The position numbers and the translations under genes were made by a program. Below the pieces are notes generated by a model. The model was not told the DNA's origin and made no database searches. It was given only the letters and a program-made list of their open reading frames with translations. Positions 9,001 to 16,861 of a stretch of DNA of 64,000 nt are shown here, piece after piece (position 1 is the stretch's first letter; the number at the start of each line of letters is the position of its first letter). Source of the stretch: Methylovirgula sp. (GTDB taxonomy: Bacteria > Pseudomonadota > Alphaproteobacteria > Rhizobiales > Beijerinckiaceae). Location: positions 2,488 through 66,487 of the forward strand of contig JBKQRA010000144.1 in NCBI GenBank assembly GCA_052144065.1, written 5' to 3'.

Positions 9001-10132
9001 CGCGCAGGGTCATGTGGATGATGCGCTGCAGGCCTATCAAAAGGCGCTGGCGATCGGCGCGCGTTTGGCGAAGTCCGATCCCGACAACGCCGGCTGGCAG
9101 CGCGATCTGGCCTTCTCTTACAACAAGATCGGCGACATGCTCAAACTCCAGGGCCATCTCGCCGATGCGCTCAAATCCTACCAGGCGGGCCTTGTCATTT
9201 CGCAGCGTCTAGCGAAGTCCGATCCAGGCACGACCTTGTGGCAGCGCGACGTCTCCTTCTCCTATACGCGCATCGGCGATGTTCTAGCGGTGCAGGGACA
9301 GATCGACAATGCGCTGCAATCCTATCAAAAGGGCTTTGCGATCATCGATAGGCTCGCCAAGCTCGATCCGGCCGATGCCGGCCTGCAGCGCGAATTGTCT
9401 GTCTTCAACAATAAGCTCGGCGATATGTATGTCGCGCAGGGTAATCTTGCGCAGGCGCTGCAAGCCTATAAGTCCGGCCTCGACATCATGCAGCGGCTGG
9501 TCAAGGCCGATCCCGCCAATGCCGGCTGGCAATTCGATCTCGGCATCAGCAATGAGCGGGTAGGTGACGTTCAAATGAGCCAGAACCAGCCGGCCGAGGC
9601 GTTGAAATCCTATTCCGCCAAGCGCGACATCATCGCCGGACTGGTCAAGGCCGACCCGGGCAATGCCGCCTGGCAACGCGATCTCTCCGTCGCGATCGAA
9701 AAAATCGGCGATGCGCTGAAGACGCAGAGCCGTCTGCCCGAAGCGCTGCAGTCCTATCGGACGTGTCTCGAGATCAGACAGCGGCTCGTCAAGATCGATG
9801 CGGGGAATAGCGGGTGGCAGCGCGATCTGTCGATCGCTTATGAAAAGGTCGGCGATGTGCTGTCCTTGCAGAAGAATAATGCCGACGCGCTGCAAGCCTA
9901 TCAGGCATCATTGCAGATCCGCCGGCTTCTCGCCAAGGACAAGTCGAATGGGCAGGCGCAGATCGATCTTGTCATTGCGCTCGCCAAGGCCGCGGATCTG
10001 TCGGCCGACCCGCGGTCGAATTACCAGGAGGTTCTGACGATCCTGACCGAGCTTGACCAGCAGGGCCGGTTGACGAAAGTTCAGCAAGGCTGGATCGAGT
10101 GGGTCAAGAAGAAGCTCGCCCCATCGCAATAG
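6038..10132 (+). CDS. TIR - nSTAND1 NTPase - TM - TPR-repeat protein (NLR-like transmembrane receptor)
   Basis: TIR IFLSHSSKD...WCLKEY; APFRGLKPL; Walker A GASGAGKSS; Walker B VDQAEELF; LPLLAFTLEQLF; HEALLRQW; charged coil; TM GIGLVAALALAGLAGW; ten 48-aa repeats. Confidence 0.9.
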   Translation: MSRIFLSHSSKDNFEALALRDFLVGEGFDDVFLDLDPDRGIAAGERWERALHAAAKRCEAVIFFISGNWLASGWCLKEYSLARALNKKLFAVIIDPQKAIDDLPPELAGTWQAVNLTAGQDGRIFRVELPGSHEEKHVTFSIDGLRRLKHGLDKAGLDPKFFAWPPEDDPKRAPFRGLKPLEGVDAGIFFGRDAPIVEALDRLRGLREAAAPRFLAILGASGAGKSSFLRAGLLPRLTRDDVNFLPLPPIRPERAALTGETGLLGTLEKLFPHRARAELRAAILAGASGVRPLLAERAGAAFAQTLTDAQQGGRPPLIVFSVDQAEELFRSEGMEESMALLALLRDLAVEDTPAIAVLFAIRSDAYDGLENAKLLEGLPQSTLPLLPMPRGAYMEVIEGPARRYVSAGGTLAIEPRLTQALLEDLEQGGGSDALPLLAFTLEQLFLEYGATGALRYQDYRAFGGLRGAIDKAVTRAFARADADPRIPREQKSREALLRRGLIPWLAGIDPDSKNPRRNVARRSDIPDEARPLIDLLVEERLLSTDTKRIKDPVTGEDTQIVTIEPTHEALLRQWGLLEGWLAEDLGRLATLEGAKRGARDWDANGRADAWLAHHGQRLAEASALIDERPDIAARFDAVDKAYLAACRSKEAEEQAKEEARRREREEEQARRLADAEKLAAANKRTAQRTGIGLVAALALAGLAGWQGYVATQEKQAALQQQQRAEKDFNAAKQAINDLIFNVAERLTDMAGVPIVTIRQILGTAKTTIDTLAASEPDDKELQRSHWAMLVDFVDTYLRAGDLADAKTSADQALVIALELAKDLKNAQAQRDLSVSYNKVGDVFVAEGHLNDALKAYQSGLAAIAPIAKANPGNAGWQFDLGVSNERIGDVQMAQGNLAAALKSFETRRDIVAALVKSDPKTLAWQRDLSVANEKVGDVLVAQGHLDDALKAYQICLEIATRLADADANNAGWQRDLSVVDNKIGDVLVAQGHVDDALQAYQKALAIGARLAKSDPDNAGWQRDLAFSYNKIGDMLKLQGHLADALKSYQAGLVISQRLAKSDPGTTLWQRDVSFSYTRIGDVLAVQGQIDNALQSYQKGFAIIDRLAKLDPADAGLQRELSVFNNKLGDMYVAQGNLAQALQAYKSGLDIMQRLVKADPANAGWQFDLGISNERVGDVQMSQNQPAEALKSYSAKRDIIAGLVKADPGNAAWQRDLSVAIEKIGDALKTQSRLPEALQSYRTCLEIRQRLVKIDAGNSGWQRDLSIAYEKVGDVLSLQKNNADALQAYQASLQIRRLLAKDKSNGQAQIDLVIALAKAADLSADPRSNYQEVLTILTELDQQGRLTKVQQGWIEWVKKKLAPSQ
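8522..9958 (+). repeat. Ten in-frame 144-bp (48-aa) TPR-like repeats
   Basis: Units start at 8522, 8666, 8810 ... 9818, with consensus QRDLSVxxxKxGDVLxxQGxxxDALxxYQxxLxIxxRLAKxDPxNAGW. Confidence 0.9.
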
Positions 10133-10195
10133 ACCATATTATTTATTTCGCCGCACCGGCGGATCTCAGCGCGGAGACCGAGAAAGGCCTTTGCT

Positions 10196-12088
10196 GTGAC
10201 CGATACCAATACAGCCGAGACCGATGATGCGGTCTTGTCCACCGAGGCGATCATCAAAGCCTGCCGCGAGGCGCTTGTCGCCAATGCGCCGGAAGGCGAA
10301 GTCAGTAAGCGCCTGCGCGCCATCGAGGCCGCCGCCTGCGCCGAACCGGCGCTGCACGCGCAATGGCTTGTCGCCAAAGGCATCGCCACCAATCGGCTGG
10401 GTCTGCGCGGCGAAGCGCTGGGCGATCTCAACGAAGCCGCCGATCTCTTCGCGCAATTGAACGATGCCGCGCATGTCGCCGAGGCCAAGCGTGAAGCCGC
10501 CATTGTGCATTCCTGGTGCGGCGAAGGGCGCGAAGCCGGATTGGCGCTGTTGCGGGCGCTCGGCGAGAGCCTGTCGATCAAGGATATGACGGGGGCGGCG
10601 ATCGCACTCGCCGATGCCGGCCGTCTCGAATTGGAAATGGGCCGGCCCCGCGCTGCGGCCCCTTTGTTCGATCTCGCGCTCAAATTGCCCGGCACCGAAT
10701 TGCCGGCGGTGCAGCGCGGTCGCGCGATGGTCAATCAGTTGCAGGCGCTTGTCGCCTCCGGCCAGATCGATGCGGCCGTGACATTTCGCGCTGAGATGGC
10801 CGCTGAACTCGCTGCCGGCAATGAACGCATGCATCTTTTGACGGCGATCGAGGAGATCCGTTGCGCCAGCGCGCAAGGCGTGTTCGCGGAAGCGCATCGC
10901 GTACTCGATGCGGCGCGTCCGTTGGCGCCGGAGAGCAAAAGGTTCGAAGTCTTCGAACTCGCCGAGGCCGAGGCCGAACTCGCTCTCGCCGAAAAGAATT
11001 TCGTGCTCGCGGACGCAAAGATCAAAGACGTTATCGCCTGCTTCGCAGAGCGCGATCTCAACGGTCGCGAAGTGAAGGCGCGGCTGTTGCGCGCCAAAGC
11101 GCTCGAAGCGTTGCAGCGGCATGACGAAGCCCAACAAGTCCTCTCGACCGCGCTCCGCATCGCCGTGATGCGTGGTCTGATCGGCCACGCCGACGAAGTG
11201 CGCACCGCGCTTGCGGCCTCGGGCGGGTCGGAGAATATGGCGGCGCTCGACAGCTTCGCCGTCAGTCCGGCAGCGCAAGATCCGGGTCGCCGCTTTGTGC
11301 ATCGCAGGGCGCTGGGGGCAGGGGCGCAGGCCAGCGTCTATTGCGCCTATGATCTCGAGCTCGGCGGCGAAGTTGCGGTCAAAAGCGTCGATCTCTCGAC
11401 GCTCTATGATACTACGCAGAGAGAGATGGCGATCGAGACGGCGCGAACCGAGATCGCCGCTGCATCGCGCATCGATCATCCAGGCGTAGCCCGGGTGCGC
11501 GGCTTGATTGTGGAGCCGGCCGGCAATGTCACTTTGATTGAAGATATGATCAACGGCCCGAGCCTGCGCAGCGTCTTGCACGATCCGAGCAAGAAGGATC
11601 TCGTCAAGGGCCAGCGCGGCCTCGATCTCATCAATCGCATTGCCTATGCGCTCTCAGCCATCCATGCGGCGAAGATCGTTCATTGCGATCTCAAACCCGA
11701 CAACATCATGATGGCCGGCCCGACGCAGCCGGTCATCGTCGACTTCGGCATTGCTCTGCTTGGCCTAGGGAAGCGCTCGGGGCGCGGCACGCCGGCCTAT
11801 ATGGCGCCCGAGCAGAAAAGCGGCGGGCGGATCGACGCGCGGACCGATCTCTTCGCGCTCGGTGTCATCGCGCTTGAGTTCTACGGGATAGAGCCGAAAA
11901 TTGGCCGAAATTTTTGGGCACATGACAATGACATTACGGATTCACTGGCTGATGCCGGCGTTCCTTCGCAATGCATCAGCCTAATGCGGCGGCTCGTGGC
12001 GCCGATAAAATGGCTACGACCGCGGTCGGCTTCCGACGTGAGCCGGATCGTCGTTGCGGCTGCGGAGGCTGGGCGCCAATCACGTTGA
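10196..12088 (+). CDS. TPR-like helical domain fused to C-terminal Hanks-type Ser/Thr kinase
   Basis: GAGAQASVY loop, VAVK, HCDLKPDN, DFG, GTPAYMAPEQ, DARTDLFALG; the N-terminal ~360 aa are Ala/Leu/Glu-rich helical repeats; GTG start after GAAAGG; no TM seen. Confidence 0.88.
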   Translation: MTDTNTAETDDAVLSTEAIIKACREALVANAPEGEVSKRLRAIEAAACAEPALHAQWLVAKGIATNRLGLRGEALGDLNEAADLFAQLNDAAHVAEAKREAAIVHSWCGEGREAGLALLRALGESLSIKDMTGAAIALADAGRLELEMGRPRAAAPLFDLALKLPGTELPAVQRGRAMVNQLQALVASGQIDAAVTFRAEMAAELAAGNERMHLLTAIEEIRCASAQGVFAEAHRVLDAARPLAPESKRFEVFELAEAEAELALAEKNFVLADAKIKDVIACFAERDLNGREVKARLLRAKALEALQRHDEAQQVLSTALRIAVMRGLIGHADEVRTALAASGGSENMAALDSFAVSPAAQDPGRRFVHRRALGAGAQASVYCAYDLELGGEVAVKSVDLSTLYDTTQREMAIETARTEIAAASRIDHPGVARVRGLIVEPAGNVTLIEDMINGPSLRSVLHDPSKKDLVKGQRGLDLINRIAYALSAIHAAKIVHCDLKPDNIMMAGPTQPVIVDFGIALLGLGKRSGRGTPAYMAPEQKSGGRIDARTDLFALGVIALEFYGIEPKIGRNFWAHDNDITDSLADAGVPSQCISLMRRLVAPIKWLRPRSASDVSRIVVAAAEAGRQSR

Positions 12089-12183
12089 ACTCAAACGGTG
12101 CTTGCTTTTTGAAAAGCCACCACACACTATAGCGTTGCTCCAGTGCGTGGCTGCATGTCTTTATCTTTATTTGAGTATCGGTG

Positions 12184-14031
12184 ATGATTACAATTAGCCA
12201 CCTGTCCGGGCCGCTCGCCGGAAAAAGCCAAAGCTTTGACGATACTAAAGACAAGATTGAATTTGGACGCGAGTCAGATTGCGACGTCGTCTATCCCGCC
12301 GATGAAGAGACCATAGGCCGCCGGCACTGCGCGCTCGTACGCCAGCTGAGCGATTGGGAGCTTCATATTCATGAGGGCTCGCACGGCCTGCATTTCGTCA
12401 GCGTCAACGGTACGCCGGTTGGCGCCGATCAGCCGGTTGATCCGAATTCCGTATTTCATCTTGGCCGCAAGGATGGTCCGAGCTTCGAAGTGAAATTCGA
12501 TCAGGCCGGCCTGACACCGAACATCGGCGCGACCGGCCGCGAAGACAAATATGTGCCGCCCACCACGCAGCTTCGGCATGTGCGCATTGTCGGCGCCATC
12601 GTCGCCGTTCTCATCGTTGGTGTGCTTGGCTTCTGGTATCGCGCCTATGATGCGCAGCAAAAACAGGTCGCAGCAACAATCGCCAGTCTGACTGAAGACG
12701 AGGCGAAGGCGAAGCAAGCGCTGGCGGACAGCCAGAAGGCGGCCGCCGCCAGCATTTCGCAAAGCATCATCGACAAGGTCTGGAACGCGACCTTCCTCGT
12801 CATTCTGCAGGACGCGCAGGGCCGCAAGACGGCGCTCGGCACGGCCTGGGCGATCGGCCCGAATGTGCTCGCGACCAATGCGCATATCGCCGGCATCTGC
12901 GACGACAAATTTCCGGTGGCCGACCGCAAGATTGCCGAATGCGATGATCTGAAGCCTGGCGACAAACTCCTCGTTCTGCAATCCGGGACCGGCCATACGC
13001 CTTACGAGGTTGTCGGCCACAGCTTCCATCCGGGCTATATCGATTTCCCGAAGCTTGTGTTTGGCCAGGACCCGGCTTTCGTCGCCTCGATCTATAATGG
13101 CACCCCGAGCCAGATCAGCGGCTATGGCTATGATGTCGGCCTCTTGACGATCAAAGAGACTTTGCCGGCCGATCTTGCGCTGCAATTTGCATCGAAGGAT
13201 GAGATCCTGGCGCTGAAGCCCGGCATGCCCGTCGCCTCGGCCGGCTTCCCTTATGAGAATGTCTCAGGCGATCAGGTGCTGACGCTCGCGGCGACGCCGC
13301 AAGTCCATTATGGCAACATCACCGCCTTGACGGATTTTCTGTTCCTGCAGACCGATCCCGCGCATCGCTACCTCGTGCAGCATTCGGTGCCCGAGACGGG
13401 CGGCGGCTCAGGCAGCCCGATCGTTGCGGCCTCCGGCCATATCGTCGCGATCAACAATGCCGGCACCTTCGGTCCGAAGGGCGAGTGGAGCTATCGCGGC
13501 GCGCCGAGCGGCGTCGAGATCAATTATGCGCAGCGCGTCGATATTGTGGACGATATTTTCGCCGGTCGGGCGGCCGCGGCTTTCGAAGCCGACAAGCCCT
13601 ACTGGACTACGCAAATGGCGAATTTCAAGCGCGGTATCGATGTGATCGGCGCTTGGGTCCTGGATAAGGCGAAGCCCGATGCCAAATCAACCGCACAGCT
13701 CGTCTCGACGACGCCGGGTCAGCTGACCACAGGCGATATGCGCATCGATTCGACGACGAAGAAGAATGAGCGCATCAAGGTGCAGACGCTCAATCTGCAG
13801 GCGGGTGTTTCCTATTTCATTTTTGTGTACGCCGACAAGGAAACGCCGATCGCGGTCTATCTCAAGGACGCCAATAACCGGACCCTTGTCAGCAATACTG
13901 ACAGCCAATGGTATCCCGGCCTGTCCTTCAAGCCGACGGCATCGGGGCCTTTATCCCTAATGATCGTCGGTCCCGACCGTGATACGACTTACACAACAAA
14001 AGTGTATTCCTGGCAGCAATCGAATTCCTAA
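12184..14031 (+). CDS. FHA-like - TM - trypsin-like serine protease - C-terminal beta (PPC-like) domain, paralog 1
   Basis: FGRESDCDV...RHCAL...VNGT (FHA-like); TM IVGAIVAVLIVGVLGFWY; catalytic TNAH, YDVGLL, GGSGSP; upstream in-frame GTG at 12181. Confidence 0.85.
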   Translation: MITISHLSGPLAGKSQSFDDTKDKIEFGRESDCDVVYPADEETIGRRHCALVRQLSDWELHIHEGSHGLHFVSVNGTPVGADQPVDPNSVFHLGRKDGPSFEVKFDQAGLTPNIGATGREDKYVPPTTQLRHVRIVGAIVAVLIVGVLGFWYRAYDAQQKQVAATIASLTEDEAKAKQALADSQKAAAASISQSIIDKVWNATFLVILQDAQGRKTALGTAWAIGPNVLATNAHIAGICDDKFPVADRKIAECDDLKPGDKLLVLQSGTGHTPYEVVGHSFHPGYIDFPKLVFGQDPAFVASIYNGTPSQISGYGYDVGLLTIKETLPADLALQFASKDEILALKPGMPVASAGFPYENVSGDQVLTLAATPQVHYGNITALTDFLFLQTDPAHRYLVQHSVPETGGGSGSPIVAASGHIVAINNAGTFGPKGEWSYRGAPSGVEINYAQRVDIVDDIFAGRAAAAFEADKPYWTTQMANFKRGIDVIGAWVLDKAKPDAKSTAQLVSTTPGQLTTGDMRIDSTTKKNERIKVQTLNLQAGVSYFIFVYADKETPIAVYLKDANNRTLVSNTDSQWYPGLSFKPTASGPLSLMIVGPDRDTTYTTKVYSWQQSNS

Positions 14032-14076
14032 TTTTCTCGAGCGGCAACGCAGGCCGCAATTGTTTTGAGTTTTGCA

Positions 14077-15915
14077 ATGATCACAATAACGCATCTCTCT
14101 GGGCCGCTCGCCGGGCAAAGCCGGACGTTCGACGATAGCAAGGGCAAGATCGAATTCGGCCGTGAGTCGGGCTGCGATGTCGTCTATCCCGAGGAAACGG
14201 ATATCGTCGGGCATCGGCATTGCGCCTTGAAGTTTGAAGACGGTGACTGGCTGCTGCACTTGCACGAAAGCTCGCGCGGTATGCCGCATGTCGTTTTCGT
14301 GAATGGCACGCCGGGCGACACGGGGCAGGCGATCAATCCGAATTCCGTCCTTCATCTTGGCCGTAAGGATGGTCCCGGCTTCAGCTTCAAATTCGATCCG
14401 GTCGGGTTGGAGGAGAGCATGCTGCGGACGCGGGTCGAGGCGAAAGTCTCATCGACGCGCGACCTCTACCGCCGCCTCGCTGTGACGGGCGGCGTCATCG
14501 CGACGCTGCTGATCGTTGTCATTGGCGGCTGGATCGCCAAAAACATCGCGGATGAAAAGCAAAACGCTGCGATCTTTGCGAGCCTCGCCAAAGATCAGCA
14601 GAATGCCGCGGCGGCGATCGCGAATATGCGGACGGCCGCGGTCGCGAGCTTCTCGCCGAGCCTCATCGATCACATGGTGCACGCGACTTTCCTCGTCTAC
14701 AAGCAGGATGCGCAAGGCCGGCAATTCGCCGATGGAACGGCCTGGGTGATCGGCCCGGATCTGTTGGCGACAAACGCCCATATTGCGGCCTTATGCAGCG
14801 ACTTCCAGCCGGGTGACGACAAGCTCGCTTCTTGCGATCAGCTTGACGCTGGGCAGAAGCTTTATGTGCGACAACCCGGAGCGGGCGGAGCGTCCTATGA
14901 AGTCATCGGCCATAGCTTTCATCCGGGCTATGTCGCATTTCCGCGCTTCGTCCTGGCCAAGGATCCGGTGATTTCCACTTTTGCCGGGCCAAGACAGGTC
15001 GGCACGGATGGCTATGATGTCGGACTCTTGCGCATCAAGGGACAGTTCCCGGCGGATCTCGCGCTCAAAGTCGCCTCGAAAGAGGAACTGATGGAGTTGA
15101 AGCAGGGGACGCCACTCGCCTCGGCGGGCTATCCGAGCGAAAACATCTTCAACAGTGAGGTGCTTACGGTCGCTGCCACGCCGCAAGTCCATTACGGCAA
15201 TATCAGCGCGCTGACGGATTCGCTCTTTCTGCCGACCGATGCGGCGCATAATTTCCTCATTCAAAATTCAATTCCGATGACAGGAGGCTCGTCGGGCAGT
15301 CCGGTTATTAACACGGCAGGCCATGTCGTCGCCCTGCTGAACTCCGCTAATTTCGGTCCGGCGGCAGGCGGCTGGTCGCGTGGTGCGCCGAGCGGCGCCG
15401 AGATCAATTATGCGCAGCGCGCCGATTTCGTCGCCGATCTTCTCGCCGGCACGGCGCAAGACGTGTTTGCGAATGATTTGACTTATTGGGCCGGCCAGAT
15501 CGCCAAATTTCAGCGCGGCATCGATCTGATGAGCAAGACGCTGGTCGATCAAGCGACGCAAGGCTCGAAGGCGACGGCGCAGCTCGCGAGCGAAACGCAT
15601 GGCAAGCTTGTCGCCGACGACATGCGCATCGACTCTAAGACCAATCGCAAAGAGCGCATAAAGATCGAAAAAATCAATTTTTCGGCCGGCGTGCATTATT
15701 TGATCTTGATCTATGCGGAGAATGACGCCGCGGTTAGTCTTTATCTCAAAGACGCCAGCAACCAGACGATCGCCAACAATACCAATGCGGGATGGTACCC
15801 GAGCGTCTCCTTCAGCCCGGCGGCGAATGGGACCGGCTCTATCCTCATCGTCGGTCCGGATGCCGATACGGCCTATACGACGCGGATCTACAGCTGGCAG
15901 GCGTCCGGCTCATAA
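14077..15915 (+). CDS. FHA-like - TM - trypsin-like serine protease - C-terminal beta domain, paralog 2
   Basis: Collinear with the 12184 gene (MITITHLSGPLAG..., TNAH, YDVGLL, GSSGSP, GAPSGAEINYAQR); start chosen by alignment to paralog 1. Confidence 0.85.
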   Translation: MITITHLSGPLAGQSRTFDDSKGKIEFGRESGCDVVYPEETDIVGHRHCALKFEDGDWLLHLHESSRGMPHVVFVNGTPGDTGQAINPNSVLHLGRKDGPGFSFKFDPVGLEESMLRTRVEAKVSSTRDLYRRLAVTGGVIATLLIVVIGGWIAKNIADEKQNAAIFASLAKDQQNAAAAIANMRTAAVASFSPSLIDHMVHATFLVYKQDAQGRQFADGTAWVIGPDLLATNAHIAALCSDFQPGDDKLASCDQLDAGQKLYVRQPGAGGASYEVIGHSFHPGYVAFPRFVLAKDPVISTFAGPRQVGTDGYDVGLLRIKGQFPADLALKVASKEELMELKQGTPLASAGYPSENIFNSEVLTVAATPQVHYGNISALTDSLFLPTDAAHNFLIQNSIPMTGGSSGSPVINTAGHVVALLNSANFGPAAGGWSRGAPSGAEINYAQRADFVADLLAGTAQDVFANDLTYWAGQIAKFQRGIDLMSKTLVDQATQGSKATAQLASETHGKLVADDMRIDSKTNRKERIKIEKINFSAGVHYLILIYAENDAAVSLYLKDASNQTIANNTNAGWYPSVSFSPAANGTGSILIVGPDADTAYTTRIYSWQASGS

Positions 15916-16074
15916 GGGTTACCGAACCAAGAGGCATCGGAACCCTAGAAGTAGTGAACTAAGACCTGGAAGCCGGAGCATTTTCAAATACGGCATCTTG
16001 GTCTTCGTGGAGCGGATTGCGCAAGTGATCCTTCAACGTGTCTCGTAAACTGCCGTCATGGCGGGGGAGGTAAG

Positions 16075-16728
16075 ATGATGCGTATGCGATCTTCTGTGAT
16101 TGGGCTTTTCGCGATGGGTGCCGCCGCTCTTGTGGCGGGGCCCGCTTCTGCCGCTTGTACCGGCAAGCCGTCTTTTCAGGACACGTTCCAGACGCTGGAC
16201 CCCAGCTGGGGTGCCGCCGACGCGACTTTGTCCGTCGCCAATGGCGCGCTCGTCGTGAAGCCGCAGCCGGGCTATCTGCGCTGGGCCGTCAGCCAGAGCG
16301 ATTATTACGGCGACGGCAGCATCTGCGTGCAGGCGACGATCGCCCAGGCGAGCGCCATCGATCAGGCGCAGGCGCTCGTTCTGTTTTGGGCCACCGACTA
16401 TTCCAACATGTATGTCCTCAACATCGGCAGCGATGGCAAGCAGGGCTATTATAAGGTCGATCGCGTTTCCAACGGCCGTTGGCTGACGCCGATCAGCTGG
16501 ACCGCGGATCCGGGCATCAAATTCCAGCTCGGCGATGCGAATCAGGTTGAAGTCCAGCTGCAAGGCCGCACGGCGTCCATCATTATCAATGGCAAGAAGA
16601 TGACGCAGTTCAACGGCAGCCCGCCCGACAATGGCGCGCTGATCGGCGTCGGCGGAGGCGCCGGCAATGGCGTGACGGCGGAACTCACCTTCCAGAACTT
16701 CGAGTTCTTCAAGGCTCCGAGCCCCTGA
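16075..16728 (+). CDS. Secreted beta-sandwich protein (concanavalin/DUF1080-like)
   Basis: GGAGG RBS; signal peptide ending PASA-A; beta-rich with FQDTF, NQVEVQLQGRTASIIING and a terminal FQNFEF strand. Confidence 0.55.
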   Translation: MMRMRSSVIGLFAMGAAALVAGPASAACTGKPSFQDTFQTLDPSWGAADATLSVANGALVVKPQPGYLRWAVSQSDYYGDGSICVQATIAQASAIDQAQALVLFWATDYSNMYVLNIGSDGKQGYYKVDRVSNGRWLTPISWTADPGIKFQLGDANQVEVQLQGRTASIIINGKKMTQFNGSPPDNGALIGVGGGAGNGVTAELTFQNFEFFKAPSP

Positions 16729-16742
16729 TAAAAACGGCGCCC

Positions 16743-16774
16743 TCATGGCTTGCAGACGCCTCTCCAAGCCATGA
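16743..16774 (+). terminator. Stem-loop after the 16075 gene (possible terminator or stabiliser)
   Basis: TCATGGCTTG ... CAAGCCATGA, 10-bp perfect stem with a 12-nt loop; no clear U-tract. Confidence 0.35.
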
Positions 16775-16861
16775 AAAGGCCACTGTAACGCGAGATAAGA
16801 CGCAGCTCACAATTCATTGCGTGAGTCACCGAATTCACGGATGGATATGAAGGAGCTTCGG

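Noticed and set aside
10166-11581. 471-aa minus-strand ORF
   Set aside because: Antisense shadow of the TPR-kinase gene, with no recognisable motifs; typical of high-GC DNA.
12184-12500. Canonical kinase-to-FHA phosphothreonine docking as the link between kinase and proteases
   Set aside because: The FHA-like domains lack the conserved Ser (SxxH) and Asn (NG) pThr ligands, so this cannot be assumed.
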